Numbered from the stretch's first letter, positions 1-11,323 are shown. The stretch is DNA of 64,000 nucleotides from an uncultured Verrucomicrobiae bacterium (GCA_963815455.1 CAWFGO010000005.1:224001-288000); one strand, 5' to 3'. Notes: generated by a model not told the origin, from the sequence alone. Numbers and translations are program-made.

Positions 1-226
1 GAAGATGTCGCCTGCGGAGGCGATTACAGCATCGACAATCAACGCTGCCTGGAGTCTTGATCGCGGCGATCAGATCGGTTCGCTCGAATCGGGCAAGCTG
101 GCGAACTTCGCGATTTTTGATTGCGAAGATTATCGCGAACTGGCGTATTGGTTTGGAGTTTCGCAGGCGCATTCGGTCTATGTGCACGGTAAACGGGTCT
201 GGGGAGCACAGGCCGCCGGCCTGTAG
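1..226 (+). CDS. hutI: Imidazolonepropionase / amidohydrolase, C-terminal part (5'-truncated by the window)
   Basis: [41 protein letters not shown] matches the HutI C-terminus. Confidence 0.75.
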   Translation, partial: KMSPAEAITASTINAAWSLDRGDQIGSLESGKLANFAIFDCEDYRELAYWFGVSQAHSVYVHGKRVWGAQAAGL

Positions 227-331
227 TTGCCGGCAGCCTGCCGGCAACATTGGAACGGTTATGCGAACAATCGCAACAAGCATCTCGGCAGGCTGCCGAG
301 ATGGACAGGCTGGCAGCCTGTGCTCCCCAGA
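198..331. repeat. Palindromic REP-like element (GGGGAGCACAGGC family)
   Basis: TCTGGGGAGCACAGGCCGCCGGCCTGT ... ACAGGCTGGCAGCCTGTGCTCCCCAGA inverted arms; related copies at 49116, 52108 and 19974. Confidence 0.85.
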
Positions 332-393
332 AAGACCTTGCGAAGGCCGACTGATTTGCAGATGGCATCTCATGCCGGTAACTTCGGTGCTCC

Positions 394-1731
394 ATGAAGG
401 TCGATGTTGATAAACAACCGGGCTCGGTTTCCAAGCTCCATATCCAGTTGCCGGCGGATGAAGTGTCGAAGGAATGGGACGCCATTGCGAATTCGTTCGC
501 GCGCTTCGCCAAAATTCCAGGCTATCGGCCGGGAAAGGCGCCGCGCTCGGTGATCGAGAAAAGATTTCGCAAGGAAATCCAGGAAGAGGTCACGAAGAAG
601 CTGGTCTCGAAAAGTTATCACGACGCGATCGAGCAGAAGCAGTTGCGCGTCGCTTCGTTGTCGAACATCGAAGATGTCCAGTTCAGTGACGATAAATCGA
701 TGCGGTTTCGGGCGACGATCGTGACCGTGCCTGAATTCAATCTGCCCGAATACAAAAAGATTTCGGTGCAATTGCCCGATACGAAAGTGTCCGAGGCGGA
801 AATCGATGCGGCGCTCGAACGATTGCGGGATCAGGCGGCCGATTTTGTCGATGTTCCGGAGAGAGAACTGCAGATGGGCGATTTTGCCGTGATCGATTTC
901 GAGGGATCGATCGAAGGCAAGCCGGTAAGCGAGGTCGCGCCGCAGGCCAGCCGGAACCTCCACGGCGGCAAGAAATTCTGGCTGCACCTTGCGCCGGACA
1001 ATTTTGTGCCGGGATTCTGCGAGCAGTTGGTTGGCCTGAAGCGTGAGGAAACGCGGCTGGCGATCGTCACTTTCGCTGAGGATTTTGCGGTGAAAGAGTT
1101 AGCGGGGAAAAAGGCAGACTACAGCGTTACGCTGCGGGAGATTAAAGAAAAGGTTCTGCCGGCGCTGGATGATGCGTTTGCGGAGAAGCTTGTGCCCGGC
1201 AAGTCGTTTGGCGATCTCCGCCACATGATCGAGCACGATCTCGAGCATGGAAAAGAGCACGAGGTCGAGCGCGCTAAGGAAGCGCAGATCGTGAAATATT
1301 TGCATGAGCGGATTCAATTCGAGCTGCCGCCGGCGCTGCTTCAAAATGAAACACGCCGGGCACTGGGCGAGCTGGTGCAGCGCAATCGCGAGCGCGGCAT
1401 TACTGACGAGATGCTGAAGGAAAAAGAAAAGGAGTTGATCGACGGCGCCGCGGGTTTGGCCAGCCATCGATTAAAGACGAACTTCATTCTGCATCGGATC
1501 GCCGAGCAGGAGAAGATCGAGGTGACACGCGAAGAAGTCGATCTTCGCATCAAGCAGGAAGCGGCGCGGTACGATGTTTCCGTCGACAAAATGCGCAAGC
1601 AATTGGAGGAACACGATCAGCTCAACACCCTCGCGGAACAGATTCTGCTCGGTAAGACCCTTGATTTCCTGAAGGCGAATGTTAGCGTCGAAACGGCGGT
1701 AAATACGCCTGATTCAGGAAAAAAATCATGA
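394..1731 (+). CDS. tig: Trigger factor
   Basis: [10 protein letters not shown] ribosome-binding motif, FKBP-like middle domain, upstream of clpP-clpX. Confidence 0.97.
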   Translation: MKVDVDKQPGSVSKLHIQLPADEVSKEWDAIANSFARFAKIPGYRPGKAPRSVIEKRFRKEIQEEVTKKLVSKSYHDAIEQKQLRVASLSNIEDVQFSDDKSMRFRATIVTVPEFNLPEYKKISVQLPDTKVSEAEIDAALERLRDQAADFVDVPERELQMGDFAVIDFEGSIEGKPVSEVAPQASRNLHGGKKFWLHLAPDNFVPGFCEQLVGLKREETRLAIVTFAEDFAVKELAGKKADYSVTLREIKEKVLPALDDAFAEKLVPGKSFGDLRHMIEHDLEHGKEHEVERAKEAQIVKYLHERIQFELPPALLQNETRRALGELVQRNRERGITDEMLKEKEKELIDGAAGLASHRLKTNFILHRIAEQEKIEVTREEVDLRIKQEAARYDVSVDKMRKQLEEHDQLNTLAEQILLGKTLDFLKANVSVETAVNTPDSGKKS

Positions 1732-2432
1732 GTTTACGTAACGAAAATTTGTCGCAATCGGTGCTGATCCCGATGGTAGTGGAACAGACCGGGCGAGGGG
1801 AGCGGAGCTACGATATCTACTCGCGTCTGCTCAAAGACCGGATCGTTTTCATCGGCACCGCGCTGGATGATCACATCGCAAACCTGGTCATCGCGCAGTT
1901 GCTCTTTCTCCAAATGGAGGACTCGAAGAAGGACATCAATATCTACATCAATTCGCCGGGCGGATCGGTAACGGCGGGTCTGGCGGTTTACGACACGATG
2001 CAGTTTCTCACCTGCGATGTGACCACCTACTGTCTCGGCATGGCTGCGAGCATGGCGGCGGTGTTGCTTTGCGCCGGGAACGAAGGGCAAGAGGTTTCGC
2101 CCTCCCGAATTCGGACATCATGATCCACCAGGTCTCGGGTGGCGCGCAAGGGCGCGGCCAGCGACGTCGAGCGCCAGGTCGATTACATGTTTAAGCTTAA
2201 GAAGCGTTTGATCAGCATCATCGCCCAGCACACGGGCAAGCCGGAAGAGCAGGTGAAGCACGATTCCGATCGCGACTATTATATGTCGGCTGCGGAAGCG
2301 AAAGCGTATGGGCTGGTGGATGAAGTGATCAAGTCGCGCAAAGAAGTAAAGCTGCTCGACGGCGCGACATCTGGGTCGGATCGTTCGGTGGCTGTGGCGG
2401 AGGCCGCATTGCCAAAGAAGTCTGCGGAATAG
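1728..2432 (+). CDS. clpP: ATP-dependent Clp protease proteolytic subunit (apparent frameshifts at about 2075-2150)
   Basis: [34 protein letters not shown] and DRDYYMSA lie in shifted frames; extra bases at GGG/TTT runs. Confidence 0.95.
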
Positions 2433-2457
2433 AAGCTGCTGATTTAAGGGCTAAAAT

Positions 2458-3738
2458 ATGGCGCGCGCTTCGAACCTCACTATGTGCTCGTTCTGTGGCA
2501 AGAGCCACGCCGAGGTGCGCAAGCTAATCGCCGGGCCCGGCGTCTATATCTGCGACAGTTGCATCAATGTTTGCAAAAGCATTCTCGACAAGGAACTGAA
2601 CGAGGATGCGCGCCGGCAATCCTCGACGATGCGAGTGCCCAAACCGGCGGAAATCCGGCGATCGCTTGATCAATATGTTATTGGGCAGGACCTGGCGAAA
2701 AAGACGCTTTCGGTCGCGGTCCATAATCATTTCAAGCGGGTCATGCAGACGGCAGCGCCGGCCGAATCTTCCGCGGCGTTTCAGCCCGATCCACTGGCGG
2801 ACGTTGAAATTGAGAAAAGTAACATCCTCCTGGTTGGTCCAACCGGGTCGGGAAAAACATTGCTGGCCAAGACCCTGGCCAAGATTCTCGATGTGCCGTT
2901 TTGTATTGCCGATGCGACCACTCTGACCGAGGCGGGCTACGTCGGTGAAGATGTCGAGAACATCATTCTGCGCCTGTTGCAGAATGCCGATTACGACGTC
3001 AAACGCGCCGAGATCGGGATTGTTTACATCGACGAGATCGACAAGATCGGCCGCAAGACCGACAACGTTTCAATTACGCGCGACGTTTCCGGCGAAGGCG
3101 TCCAGCAGGCGCTTTTGAAGATTTTGGAAGGCAGCACCTGCAATGTACCGCCCCAGGGCGGTCGCAAACATCCGCATCAGGAATACATTCAGGTTAATAC
3201 CGAAAAAATTCTGTTTATCTGTGGCGGCGCCTTTGTCGGCCTCGACAAGATCATCCAGAAACGTATCGGCCAAAAAGTGATGGGCTTCGGAAGTCCCACC
3301 TTGGAAGTCGAGGAAGCGCTGCGGAAGGAAGCAGTCCGCCATGTCGAACCGGAAGATTTGCTGTCGTTCGGAATGATTCCCGAATTCATCGGGCGCCTGC
3401 CCGTTGTGACTTCGTTGGACGCGCTGACCGAGGATGAAATGGTGGCGATCCTGACCGAGACGAGGAACGCGATGATCAAGCAGTACACGAAACTTTTCTC
3501 GATGGAAAATGTCCGGCTGACCGTAACGAAGGACGCATTACGCGCCTTGGCGGCCCAGGCGGTGAACAAGGGAACGGGCGCGCGGGCGCTTCGTTCGATG
3601 CTCGAGCGAATCATGCTCGACATCATGTACGACGTGCCGAGCCGCGAGGACATTGCCGAGGTCACGATCAATCGCGCTGTTGTCGAAGGCAAAAAACTTC
3701 CGCTCGTTCGCAAGAAGCAGGACAAAGACGCGGCCTGA
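2458..3738 (+). CDS. clpX: ATP-dependent Clp protease ATP-binding subunit
   Basis: CSFCGK zinc finger, [20 protein letters not shown]. Confidence 0.98.
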   Translation: MARASNLTMCSFCGKSHAEVRKLIAGPGVYICDSCINVCKSILDKELNEDARRQSSTMRVPKPAEIRRSLDQYVIGQDLAKKTLSVAVHNHFKRVMQTAAPAESSAAFQPDPLADVEIEKSNILLVGPTGSGKTLLAKTLAKILDVPFCIADATTLTEAGYVGEDVENIILRLLQNADYDVKRAEIGIVYIDEIDKIGRKTDNVSITRDVSGEGVQQALLKILEGSTCNVPPQGGRKHPHQEYIQVNTEKILFICGGAFVGLDKIIQKRIGQKVMGFGSPTLEVEEALRKEAVRHVEPEDLLSFGMIPEFIGRLPVVTSLDALTEDEMVAILTETRNAMIKQYTKLFSMENVRLTVTKDALRALAAQAVNKGTGARALRSMLERIMLDIMYDVPSREDIAEVTINRAVVEGKKLPLVRKKQDKDAA

Positions 3739-3827
3739 GGTTCGGCCTTCGGCCGACGTTAAAGCGTTAAATCGGGACGCCTTCCCTTTGTAACGATGTA
3801 ACATTGTAACCATTCACGTCTTCGTCC

Positions 3828-5061
3828 ATGCGCGTCGTCATTATTAATACCGGCACGGAGCTTTTGCTGGGCGACGTGGTAAATGCGCATTTGGATTTCA
3901 TTGCCCGGGAAATCTTTGCCCTCGGCTTGCGAGTAGATGAGCAACGCACCGTTCCTGATGGCGAAGCGATTCGACCATGCGCTGGCCGATGTATTTTCGC
4001 GCTGCGAAATTCTGTTCGTCACCGGCGGGCTCGGCCCAACCAGCGATGATGTCACTCGGGAAATCGTGGCCGGCTTGCTCGGATTGGAATTGTGTCAGAA
4101 TCCGCAATTGCTGGCGTCCTTGCGAGAGAGACTCAAAACGCGCGGAATAAAGTGGACGCCGAACATCGCGCGGCAGGCCGACGTTCCGGCCGGCGCCCGG
4201 GTTCTGGCCAACGATTACGGGAGCGCGTCCGGTCTATATCTCGAGGCGAATATCAATGCGCAAATTCGTTCGCCCCATCTCTTTGTTCTTCCTGGACCGC
4301 CCCGCGAGCTTCAGCCGATGTTTCGCGGACCGGTGATGTCGATCTTGCGGGCGATTGTTCCGCGTTCCGACTCGGTCGAGTGTCGCATCTATCGCATCAC
4401 GGGGATCGGTGAATCGCTGGTGGAAAAGGCGATCGGAGAAAAGATTCTGGCCATTCCAGACATTGAGCTGGGTTATTGTGCGCGTCCCGGAGATGTCGAT
4501 GTTCGAGTGATCGGCGAGCCTGGAGCGCTCGATCTCGCCGACTCGATCGTTACGGCCGCGCTCGGAAGTGCGGTTTATTCCACGGACGGTGAGGACCTCG
4601 AAGAAGTCCTGGTGAAACTGCTCGCGGCAAGAAAAGCGACACTGGCCGTTGCCGAATCGTGCACCGGCGGTTTGGTCGCGCATCGGATTACCAATGTGCC
4701 GGGTGCATCGGACGTCTTTGTTGCCGGATACGTTACTTACGCGAACTCAACCAAGATCGACATCCTGAGTGTCGATCCAAAATTGATCGAGAAACACGGA
4801 GCGGTGAGCGAGCCGGTCGCGCGAGCGATGGCCGAAGGCGCCCGAGCGCGCGCAGGATCGACATATGCTTTGGCCACGACGGGAATTGCCGGGCCGAGTG
4901 GAGGAACAGAGGAGAAGCCGGTTGGCACCGTTCATATCGCGCTTGCGTCGGCAAATTCAGACACGGTCGCAAAAAAATTCTTTTTCCCGACCGATCGCGA
5001 AATGTTCAAGCAATTGGCCTCTCAGACGGCGCTGGACTTATTGCGGACAACGCTTTTTTAG
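3828..5061 (+). CDS. cinA: Competence/damage-inducible protein A (NMN deamidase); frameshift near 3975
   Basis: INTGTELLLG, TGGLGPTSDDVT, AVAESCTGG, TTGIAGPSGG. Confidence 0.93.
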
Positions 5062-5711
5062 AAGTCGCCGACGTCCACGGGGGTGCCGACTTTGACGCGA
5101 TCGTAAAAGAGTTTTGCGCCGTCGGCAGACTCTCGAACGCAGCCGTGAGAAGCGGGATAGCCGGGCAAAATCCCGATGTGCATACCGACCCCGTCACTGG
5201 TGAGCCGGAGAAACCATTTCATGGCCGCGCCGACATAATGCGTCCCGCTGGGCGCGGAATCGATCCGCGCGCTGACGCCGGCGCGAACGACGCGGCCTCG
5301 TGAATCGACAAAATCCCCGTAAAGACTGGAGTGATGATTGGGATCCTTTTCCAAAACTGTGAAGTGACCGGACGGTGTGCTGTGGCCCCGTTTCCCGGAG
5401 GAAACCGGTGCATCCGCTACAATCTTGTCGCCGATCATCAGATAGGCGCGTTGTTTCGGAAGAGAGACAACGATATGGGTGTTGTCGGGGGTCGCCTGTT
5501 TCAGCAGCGATTGGTTTACTTTCATTGGCTCCTGCCGGTGGATCATTTCGGAGGGTTTGCGCATCGGCTGCGGCGGGGCCGGTTTTCCGCGCAACTGCGC
5601 TACGGGAGTCGAACGCGGACGCGGCGTAGGGCGGCGCGATTGCGCATTGATCAAGATGACCGGCACAACGAGAATCGCCGCGCAAAGAGCAAGGAAGAAG
5701 ATTCGGCGCAT
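5058..5711 (-). CDS. L,D-transpeptidase (YkuD family), exported
   Basis: Signal peptide; PVSSGK..TPSG; GMHIG..PASHGCVR catalytic motif. Confidence 0.92.
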   Translation of the reverse strand: MRRIFFLALCAAILVVPVILINAQSRRPTPRPRSTPVAQLRGKPAPPQPMRKPSEMIHRQEPMKVNQSLLKQATPDNTHIVVSLPKQRAYLMIGDKIVADAPVSSGKRGHSTPSGHFTVLEKDPNHHSSLYGDFVDSRGRVVRAGVSARIDSAPSGTHYVGAAMKWFLRLTSDGVGMHIGILPGYPASHGCVRESADGAKLFYDRVKVGTPVDVGDF

Positions 5712-5715
5712 AAGG

Positions 5716-6555
5716 TCAGTTGCGACTGTAGCTATTTACGCGATTAATCCAACCCGGTAACCATCGGGCTTCGCCTCGGGCCGGCGGCGAATTCTGGACC
5801 CGGCGTTTCAGCCTTGCGGCCGCCGCCCGCGAAAATTCTTTCACTGGATCGGATGCATCGGACCGCATTTCTTCCAGCACTTGGAGAAGGCCCCAGCCCT
5901 GGCCGTGGTAGCGCTCGGTGTGCAGAACGCCTTCGCCTTTGAAATTCACGTAATCGACTAAAGCGTAACAGCCTTGGGCGGTACTCGATAATCGGTCAAA
6001 GTTCTTCTCGATCTTCGCTCGATCGGAAGACGCCGCTTCTGCGAGCATTTTCGGCAACGCGGTTTGGAGCCGGTTAACCAGGAATTCCGCCTGAAGACCA
6101 ACTGTATCGGCCAGGAATTGGCGCAACTGCACCATTTCCGGACTTTTTTGAGCACGTAGAAACTCCGCTCGGGAATTCCATGGGCAAGGCGAATCGGCGC
6201 CGCCGAGCAGGACTTTCGGCAGCTTGGCGCCTCGGGTGGAGATGAAACGCACCAGTTTCGGGAAGCTCTCTTCAAACGGACCGCGCACGTCCTTCGGATA
6301 CCAGATGAAATGACCGATTCCCAGGGAAGCGAAGTTTTCGTCTTCATTCCACGAGGTGAGACCGGCGACGGTTCCATTGCATTCGTTTTGCCAGACTTTC
6401 TTTCCGATCCGGAGCGCCTCGGAGTGCGACAGCGTGATGGCCGACAGAACCCCAAACGGCGATGCCACCGCTGCCAGGACCAGAAAAAGCGCGGAGACAG
6501 ACGCGCAGGCAGAGCGTCTTGGTTTTCTTGACGGGCGAGGTTTATCCATTAGCAT
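5716..6555 (-). CDS. Conserved exported hypothetical protein, possible lysozyme-like fold
   Basis: 279-aa ORF with hydrophobic N-terminal segment; WQNE, SLGIGHFIW and a terminal WLPGWINRV motif. Confidence 0.75.
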   Translation of the reverse strand: MLMDKPRPSRKPRRSACASVSALFLVLAAVASPFGVLSAITLSHSEALRIGKKVWQNECNGTVAGLTSWNEDENFASLGIGHFIWYPKDVRGPFEESFPKLVRFISTRGAKLPKVLLGGADSPCPWNSRAEFLRAQKSPEMVQLRQFLADTVGLQAEFLVNRLQTALPKMLAEAASSDRAKIEKNFDRLSSTAQGCYALVDYVNFKGEGVLHTERYHGQGWGLLQVLEEMRSDASDPVKEFSRAAAARLKRRVQNSPPARGEARWLPGWINRVNSYSRN

Positions 6556-6608
6556 GCAGCTTTCCGCGCTCAGATTTAAAGCGCAACCGCATTTAGAAAT
6601 CCACTCCT

Positions 6609-7325
6609 ATGAAATATTTTGTTGTTACACTTGCCGCGTTTGCGCTCGCTTCGCCCCTTCTGGCGCAGGAGAAGACCCAGTTAAAAGATCAAAAGGATAA
6701 AGCCAGTTACGCCATCGGTCTGAATATCGGGATGAATTTCAACCGCCAAAAGGTTTCGATCAATCCCGCCGCTTTTTCCGCGGGGATAAGGGATGGTATG
6801 GCCGGCAAGCCGCAGATGACCGAGACCGAAGTAAGGGAAACGATGATGGCATTCGAAAAAGAAATGGAAGGGAAACAGAAAGCAGCAGGAGACAAGAACG
6901 CACAGGATGGCGAAAAATTTCTCGCCGAAAACAAGAAGAAAGATGGCGTGAAGACCACGGCCAGCGGCCTGCAATACAAGGAGCTTAAGCCTGGCACGGG
7001 TCCGCAGCCGAAAGAGACCGATACGGTCACGGTGAACTACCGTGGAACCCTGATCGACGGGACCGAGTTCGACAGCTCCTACAAGCGGGGCGAGCCGGCC
7101 ACGTTTCCCTTGAACGCGGTGATCAAGGGGTGGACCGAAGGACTCCAGTTGATGAAAACCGGATCGAAGTATCAATTTTTCATTCCAGCCAACCTTGCCT
7201 ATGGAGAGCGCGGAGCCGGTGGCGATATCGGACCAAATTCGACTTTGATTTTCGAAGTGGAATTGATCAGCACGAAGCCGGCGGGAAGCACTGCCGGTCC
7301 ATCGCCGGCGGCGACCGCGAAATAG
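6609..7325 (+). CDS. FKBP-type peptidyl-prolyl isomerase (Mip/FkpA-like)
   Basis: Signal peptide, [39 protein letters not shown]. Confidence 0.95.
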   Translation: MKYFVVTLAAFALASPLLAQEKTQLKDQKDKASYAIGLNIGMNFNRQKVSINPAAFSAGIRDGMAGKPQMTETEVRETMMAFEKEMEGKQKAAGDKNAQDGEKFLAENKKKDGVKTTASGLQYKELKPGTGPQPKETDTVTVNYRGTLIDGTEFDSSYKRGEPATFPLNAVIKGWTEGLQLMKTGSKYQFFIPANLAYGERGAGGDIGPNSTLIFEVELISTKPAGSTAGPSPAATAK

Positions 7326-7347
7326 TCAGACGGGCACAGGCCCGTGG

Positions 7348-7704
7348 CTATAGCGCGGCCGTTTCCCAATCCAGGCGCTTTGCGTCGCCCCACAAATCCT
7401 CGAGGCTGTAAAAGGCCCGTTTGTCTCGATGGAAGATGTGGACGACCACCTGGAGATAGTCGAGCACGATCCATTGACTGGCGGGAAAGCCATCGACGGC
7501 GACCGCTCGCACGGCGTGGTCCTCTTTCAATCTCGCTTCGATCTCGCCGGCAATCGCCTTGAGCTGCGGCTCCGATGAGGCCGAACAAATCACGAAGAAA
7601 TCCGTAAACGTCGATATCCCGCGCAAATCCAGAACGACAATCTCCTCCGCTTTCTTGTTCGAGGCGAGTTCGGCGCAGGTTCTGGCTAATTTCTCGGCGG
7701 TTAT
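7348..7704 (-). CDS. rsfS: Ribosome silencing factor
   Basis: KKAEEIVVLDLRGISTFTDFFVICS..WIVLDY..VHIF..FYSLEDLW; frame is open to an ATA codon overlapping the nadD stop. Confidence 0.92.
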   Translation of the reverse strand: MTAEKLARTCAELASNKKAEEIVVLDLRGISTFTDFFVICSASSEPQLKAIAGEIEARLKEDHAVRAVAVDGFPASQWIVLDYLQVVVHIFHRDKRAFYSLEDLWGDAKRLDWETAAL

Positions 7705-8264
7705 TTCGGTTGCTCCCGGTAAAGATTTTTCCGACGGATAATTTCTTCCACCGCCGGCGGAACCAAGTAACGAATCGATTGCCCGGAGGCAACTCTCTTT
7801 CGTATTTCGGTCGCGGAAATGTCGAGGTTGCGCCGGATGGCTTCGTAAGGGTGATCAGTCGCCCAGCCGGTCCGATCCAGGACAACAAAGTGCACCATCT
7901 TCTCCAACTCGGAGAACCGGTGCCACTTCGGCAGGTCGCTCACGTTATCATTGCCGACGAGCAGATAGAGCTCAGCCTCGGGTTCGCGGGCACGAATTTC
8001 TTTGACGGTGTCGATGGTGTAGGAAGGTGGTGGACGACGCAGTTCGCAATCGTCCAGCGTAAATCCGTGTTCCCCTTCGATCGCGGCTTGCAGCATCGAC
8101 AATCGCTCTTCGGCAGGCGCAATCGGCGTCTTTTTAAAAGGCGAAGCGGCAGCAGGAACGAACACGACCCGCTCCAAGCCGAGTTGTTCGAGTGCTTCCC
8201 GCGCCAGAATCAAGTGGCCGTGGTGAATGGGATCGAACGTGCCGCCGTATATTGCGATCTTCAA
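7701..8264 (-). CDS. nadD: Nicotinate-nucleotide adenylyltransferase
   Basis: YGGTFDPIHHGH, SYTIDT, ISATEIR. Confidence 0.97.
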   Translation of the reverse strand: MKIAIYGGTFDPIHHGHLILAREALEQLGLERVVFVPAAASPFKKTPIAPAEERLSMLQAAIEGEHGFTLDDCELRRPPPSYTIDTVKEIRAREPEAELYLLVGNDNVSDLPKWHRFSELEKMVHFVVLDRTGWATDHPYEAIRRNLDISATEIRKRVASGQSIRYLVPPAVEEIIRRKNLYREQPK

Positions 8265-8320
8265 AAGATTGAACGTTGGCTTTTTGCGTCGCGCAGGATC
8301 GACATCTAAGTTGCGAACTT

Positions 8321-9421
8321 ATGAACAGTGATTCGCTTGGTCAACTGATCATGACCGGGGTTCCCGGAAAAGAGCTCGACCCGGAAACGGCGAAGTTGTT
8401 TCGAAAGGTGCAGCCGGGAGCGTTCATTCTGTTTGGCCGCAATATTGAGACGGCGCTGCAATTGCGAAAATTGATCGATGATTTGCGCGATCTGAGCGAC
8501 GTCGAACCGATCATCACGATCGATCAGGAAGGCGGCCGCGTCTCGCGTTTGCGCTTGATTGGAAACGAACCGCCGAACGCGCAGCAATTGCGCGACAAGG
8601 ACGATGTCGATCTTATCCGCCACCACGGCGACATCACCGGCCGTTTGCTCCGGCTCTTCGGTCTCAATCTCGATCTTTGTCCGGTGCTCGACATTTCGTT
8701 CGACGATAACGCGGACAACTCGCTGCGCGGGCGCTGCTACGGCAAGACGGTCGATCAAGTCGTGCGGAACGCCGGGGCATTCAACGATTCGATGCGGAAA
8801 CAGGGCATCGCCAGTTGCGGAAAACATTTCCCCGGTTATTCGGCGGCAACGATCGATGCGCATTATGACTTGCCAAAAATCGAGCGGACGCGCGAGCAAT
8901 TGGAAAAAGAGGAGCTGGCAGTTTTTCGAAAGTTCAGTTCTCGCGTCGATAGCATGATGATTTGCCACGGTTGGTATCCGTGTCTTGAGCCGAACAAAAC
9001 GCCGGCCTCGCTGTCCCGCCGGATCATTACGGATTTACTTTGCAGCGAACTGGGTTTTAGCGGCCTGGTCATGACCGACGATCTCGACATGGGCGCCATT
9101 CTCAATGGATACCCACTCGAGGATACGATTCGCCTGGCCATCGATGCCGGGAACGATCTCGTGATGATCTGTCATCGAACTCCAGAGATCGAGAACGTCC
9201 ACCGGATTCTCGGCAGCCTGCCGGCGGATCGAATCAATCGCGCTCTCGGCAGCATGGGGCGTTTCAAGGAAAAGCTGGCACCGCCCGATCAATTCTCGGA
9301 AGAGGCATTTCGCGAGATCGACAACGAAATCTGGAACCTGCGCGTCAACGTTCTGGGCAAAGAGCGCGCCGCCATTCGCAGCCCGGAAGACGGGAAACGC
9401 TCGCCGGTCGAAATGTATTGA
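8321..9421 (+). CDS. nagZ: GH3 beta-N-acetylhexosaminidase
   Basis: IDQEGGRVSRL, KHFPGY..DAH, MTDDLDM. Confidence 0.88.
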   Translation: MNSDSLGQLIMTGVPGKELDPETAKLFRKVQPGAFILFGRNIETALQLRKLIDDLRDLSDVEPIITIDQEGGRVSRLRLIGNEPPNAQQLRDKDDVDLIRHHGDITGRLLRLFGLNLDLCPVLDISFDDNADNSLRGRCYGKTVDQVVRNAGAFNDSMRKQGIASCGKHFPGYSAATIDAHYDLPKIERTREQLEKEELAVFRKFSSRVDSMMICHGWYPCLEPNKTPASLSRRIITDLLCSELGFSGLVMTDDLDMGAILNGYPLEDTIRLAIDAGNDLVMICHRTPEIENVHRILGSLPADRINRALGSMGRFKEKLAPPDQFSEEAFREIDNEIWNLRVNVLGKERAAIRSPEDGKRSPVEMY

Positions 9422-9463
9422 AGTAACGTTAAAAACATTCGGCTTTTTCTGTTTATTGTCGTT

Positions 9464-10609
9464 GTGAAAGCTCGTCTCATTGTTGCGGCCGGCCTTTTTG
9501 GATTGCTTGGGGTCGCACCGAGGATCGCCGTCGCCGGGTTCGACTCGAGCAGCACCGTTTTCATCATCCTCATGGAGAACCACAACTGGTCGAGCATCAA
9601 GGGCAGCGCGAACGCGCCCTACATCAATAATTCGCTGCTGCCGATCGCCTCCTACGCGGAGCAATATTACAATCCGCCGGCCACTCATCCGAGCTTGCCG
9701 AATTATCTGTGGCTCGAAGCTGGAACGGGCTTCGGAATCACGAATGACAATCCGCCTTCGTCGAACCAGCAGACCACGACCAATCACTTCGTCACGTCCC
9801 TGAGAAACAACGCAACCTCGTGGAAAACGTATCAGGAGAACATTACCGGGACGACTTGCCCGACGACGGACAGTTATCCCTACTACGTGAAGCACAATCC
9901 CTTTGCCTATTTCACCGACGTCACCAGCTCCGGTTGCATCACGGTAATGCGGCCCTTCACGGAGCTGGCGACCGACCTTATGAATCAGACGACGTCGCGA
10001 TACAACTTTATCACGCCAAATATCTGCAATGACATGCACGATTCGTGTGCGCCCACGAACAATTCTGTAAAACAGGGCGATAACTGGCTTGCCCAAAATG
10101 TGCCCACGATTCTGCAATCGGCCGCCTATCAAAACAACGGACTCCTGATCATCACATGGGATGAAGCGGCCTCGGGCGACGGTCCAATCGGGATGATTGT
10201 GCTCTCGCCGCTGGCCAGGGGCGGCGGTTACCACAATTCCGTCCACTACACGCACAGCTCCACTTTGCGCACATTCCAGAAGATATTCGGTGTGACTCCG
10301 TTCCTGGGCGGCGCCGCGACCGCGACCGACTTAAGCGATCTGTTCCTGCCAGACGCAATTCCAACCGCGGATTCGGCCCTCTTCGTCAAGAATATTACGC
10401 AAACACAAACTGGCGCTACCACGATAAGTTGGCCGAGCCAGAGCGGAACGACCTATCGTTGCCAATGGAAAAACGATTTGTTTGAACCCACCTGGCAATC
10501 GATCACGCCGGATTTTCCCGGCACGGGCGCCGTTCTCTCTTGGACGGACGACGGCTCGCAAACCGGCGGCCTCGCGCCGGAGCGGTATTACCGTGTCACC
10601 GTTCCGTGA
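9464..10609 (+). CDS. Exported phosphoesterase (acid phosphatase-like) with an extra C-terminal domain
   Basis: IILMENH, HPSLPNY, KHNPF, NDMHD, ITWDE, YTHSSTL; about 75-aa tail ending RYYRVTVP. Confidence 0.88.
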   Translation: MKARLIVAAGLFGLLGVAPRIAVAGFDSSSTVFIILMENHNWSSIKGSANAPYINNSLLPIASYAEQYYNPPATHPSLPNYLWLEAGTGFGITNDNPPSSNQQTTTNHFVTSLRNNATSWKTYQENITGTTCPTTDSYPYYVKHNPFAYFTDVTSSGCITVMRPFTELATDLMNQTTSRYNFITPNICNDMHDSCAPTNNSVKQGDNWLAQNVPTILQSAAYQNNGLLIITWDEAASGDGPIGMIVLSPLARGGGYHNSVHYTHSSTLRTFQKIFGVTPFLGGAATATDLSDLFLPDAIPTADSALFVKNITQTQTGATTISWPSQSGTTYRCQWKNDLFEPTWQSITPDFPGTGAVLSWTDDGSQTGGLAPERYYRVTVP

Positions 10610-10628
10610 CACCGCTTCGTTTTGGCAG

Positions 10629-11323
10629 CTAGTCTTTCTTTTCGCCGTTGTCTCTGAAGACGAGGCGCAACGGCTGCGACGCATGAATTCGCGCTCGGTG
10701 AGTTGCTGCTGTAAAACATGCTCGGCTTCGCCCGGCAGATTGCTTTCGATTGCCTTTTGCCGCGCGAACTGCGGCAGGATCGACAATTCGTTCTTCACAT
10801 CGTCTGCCGGAAATCCGGTTCCAAAATCCATTTTCAAAAGCGAGCACGTCGACCTGCTCCTGCTCGACTGCCGAGGATCTGCGCATGAGGGATCTGAACG
10901 ACGATTTCATCCGGGCGAATATCGATGGCGAGATCCTGCCGCAAATCGAAGCCGGCCTTGACAATGAACGTTCCGTGCAGTTTTACCCGTTTCGAGCTTC
11001 CCGCCCAGGTGTGTACAAATTCGTGCTCGACCTCGATCTGTCGCGAAACCATGGCCAGCTCGCTGGTCGGCATTGTTTGCTCCAGATAAACGCGGTTGTC
11101 GATCGTGATGCGCGGCTGCAAATGGGCGATGTCGACAAAAGCCGCGCGCAGATCTTTGCCGATGCGTTCGAGTTCGCCGGTTCCCTGTTTCGCGGTGCGG
11201 GCCGGCCAGCGTTTCCAGCCGCAGAAAAATACAGAGAATAACCGCTGCGACGATCAAGCGCGACCAGCGCCAAGGCGACCGGCCAGGATATTCGTCCCGA
11301 GACGAAGTGGAATGACGAAGCAC
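10629..11323 (-). CDS. DUF4230-like membrane-anchored protein (several frameshifts)
   Basis: Pieces in ORFs 10907, 10983, 10834, 10629 and 10331 join to N-terminal TM..VKAGFDL..IPHAQIL..ENGFWNRIS..ARQKA. Confidence 0.6.

Noticed and set aside
2075..2150. Programmed frameshifting in clpP (also ald, cinA)
   Set aside because: Several independent indels per gene at short homopolymers, with no slippery-site and stimulator arrangement
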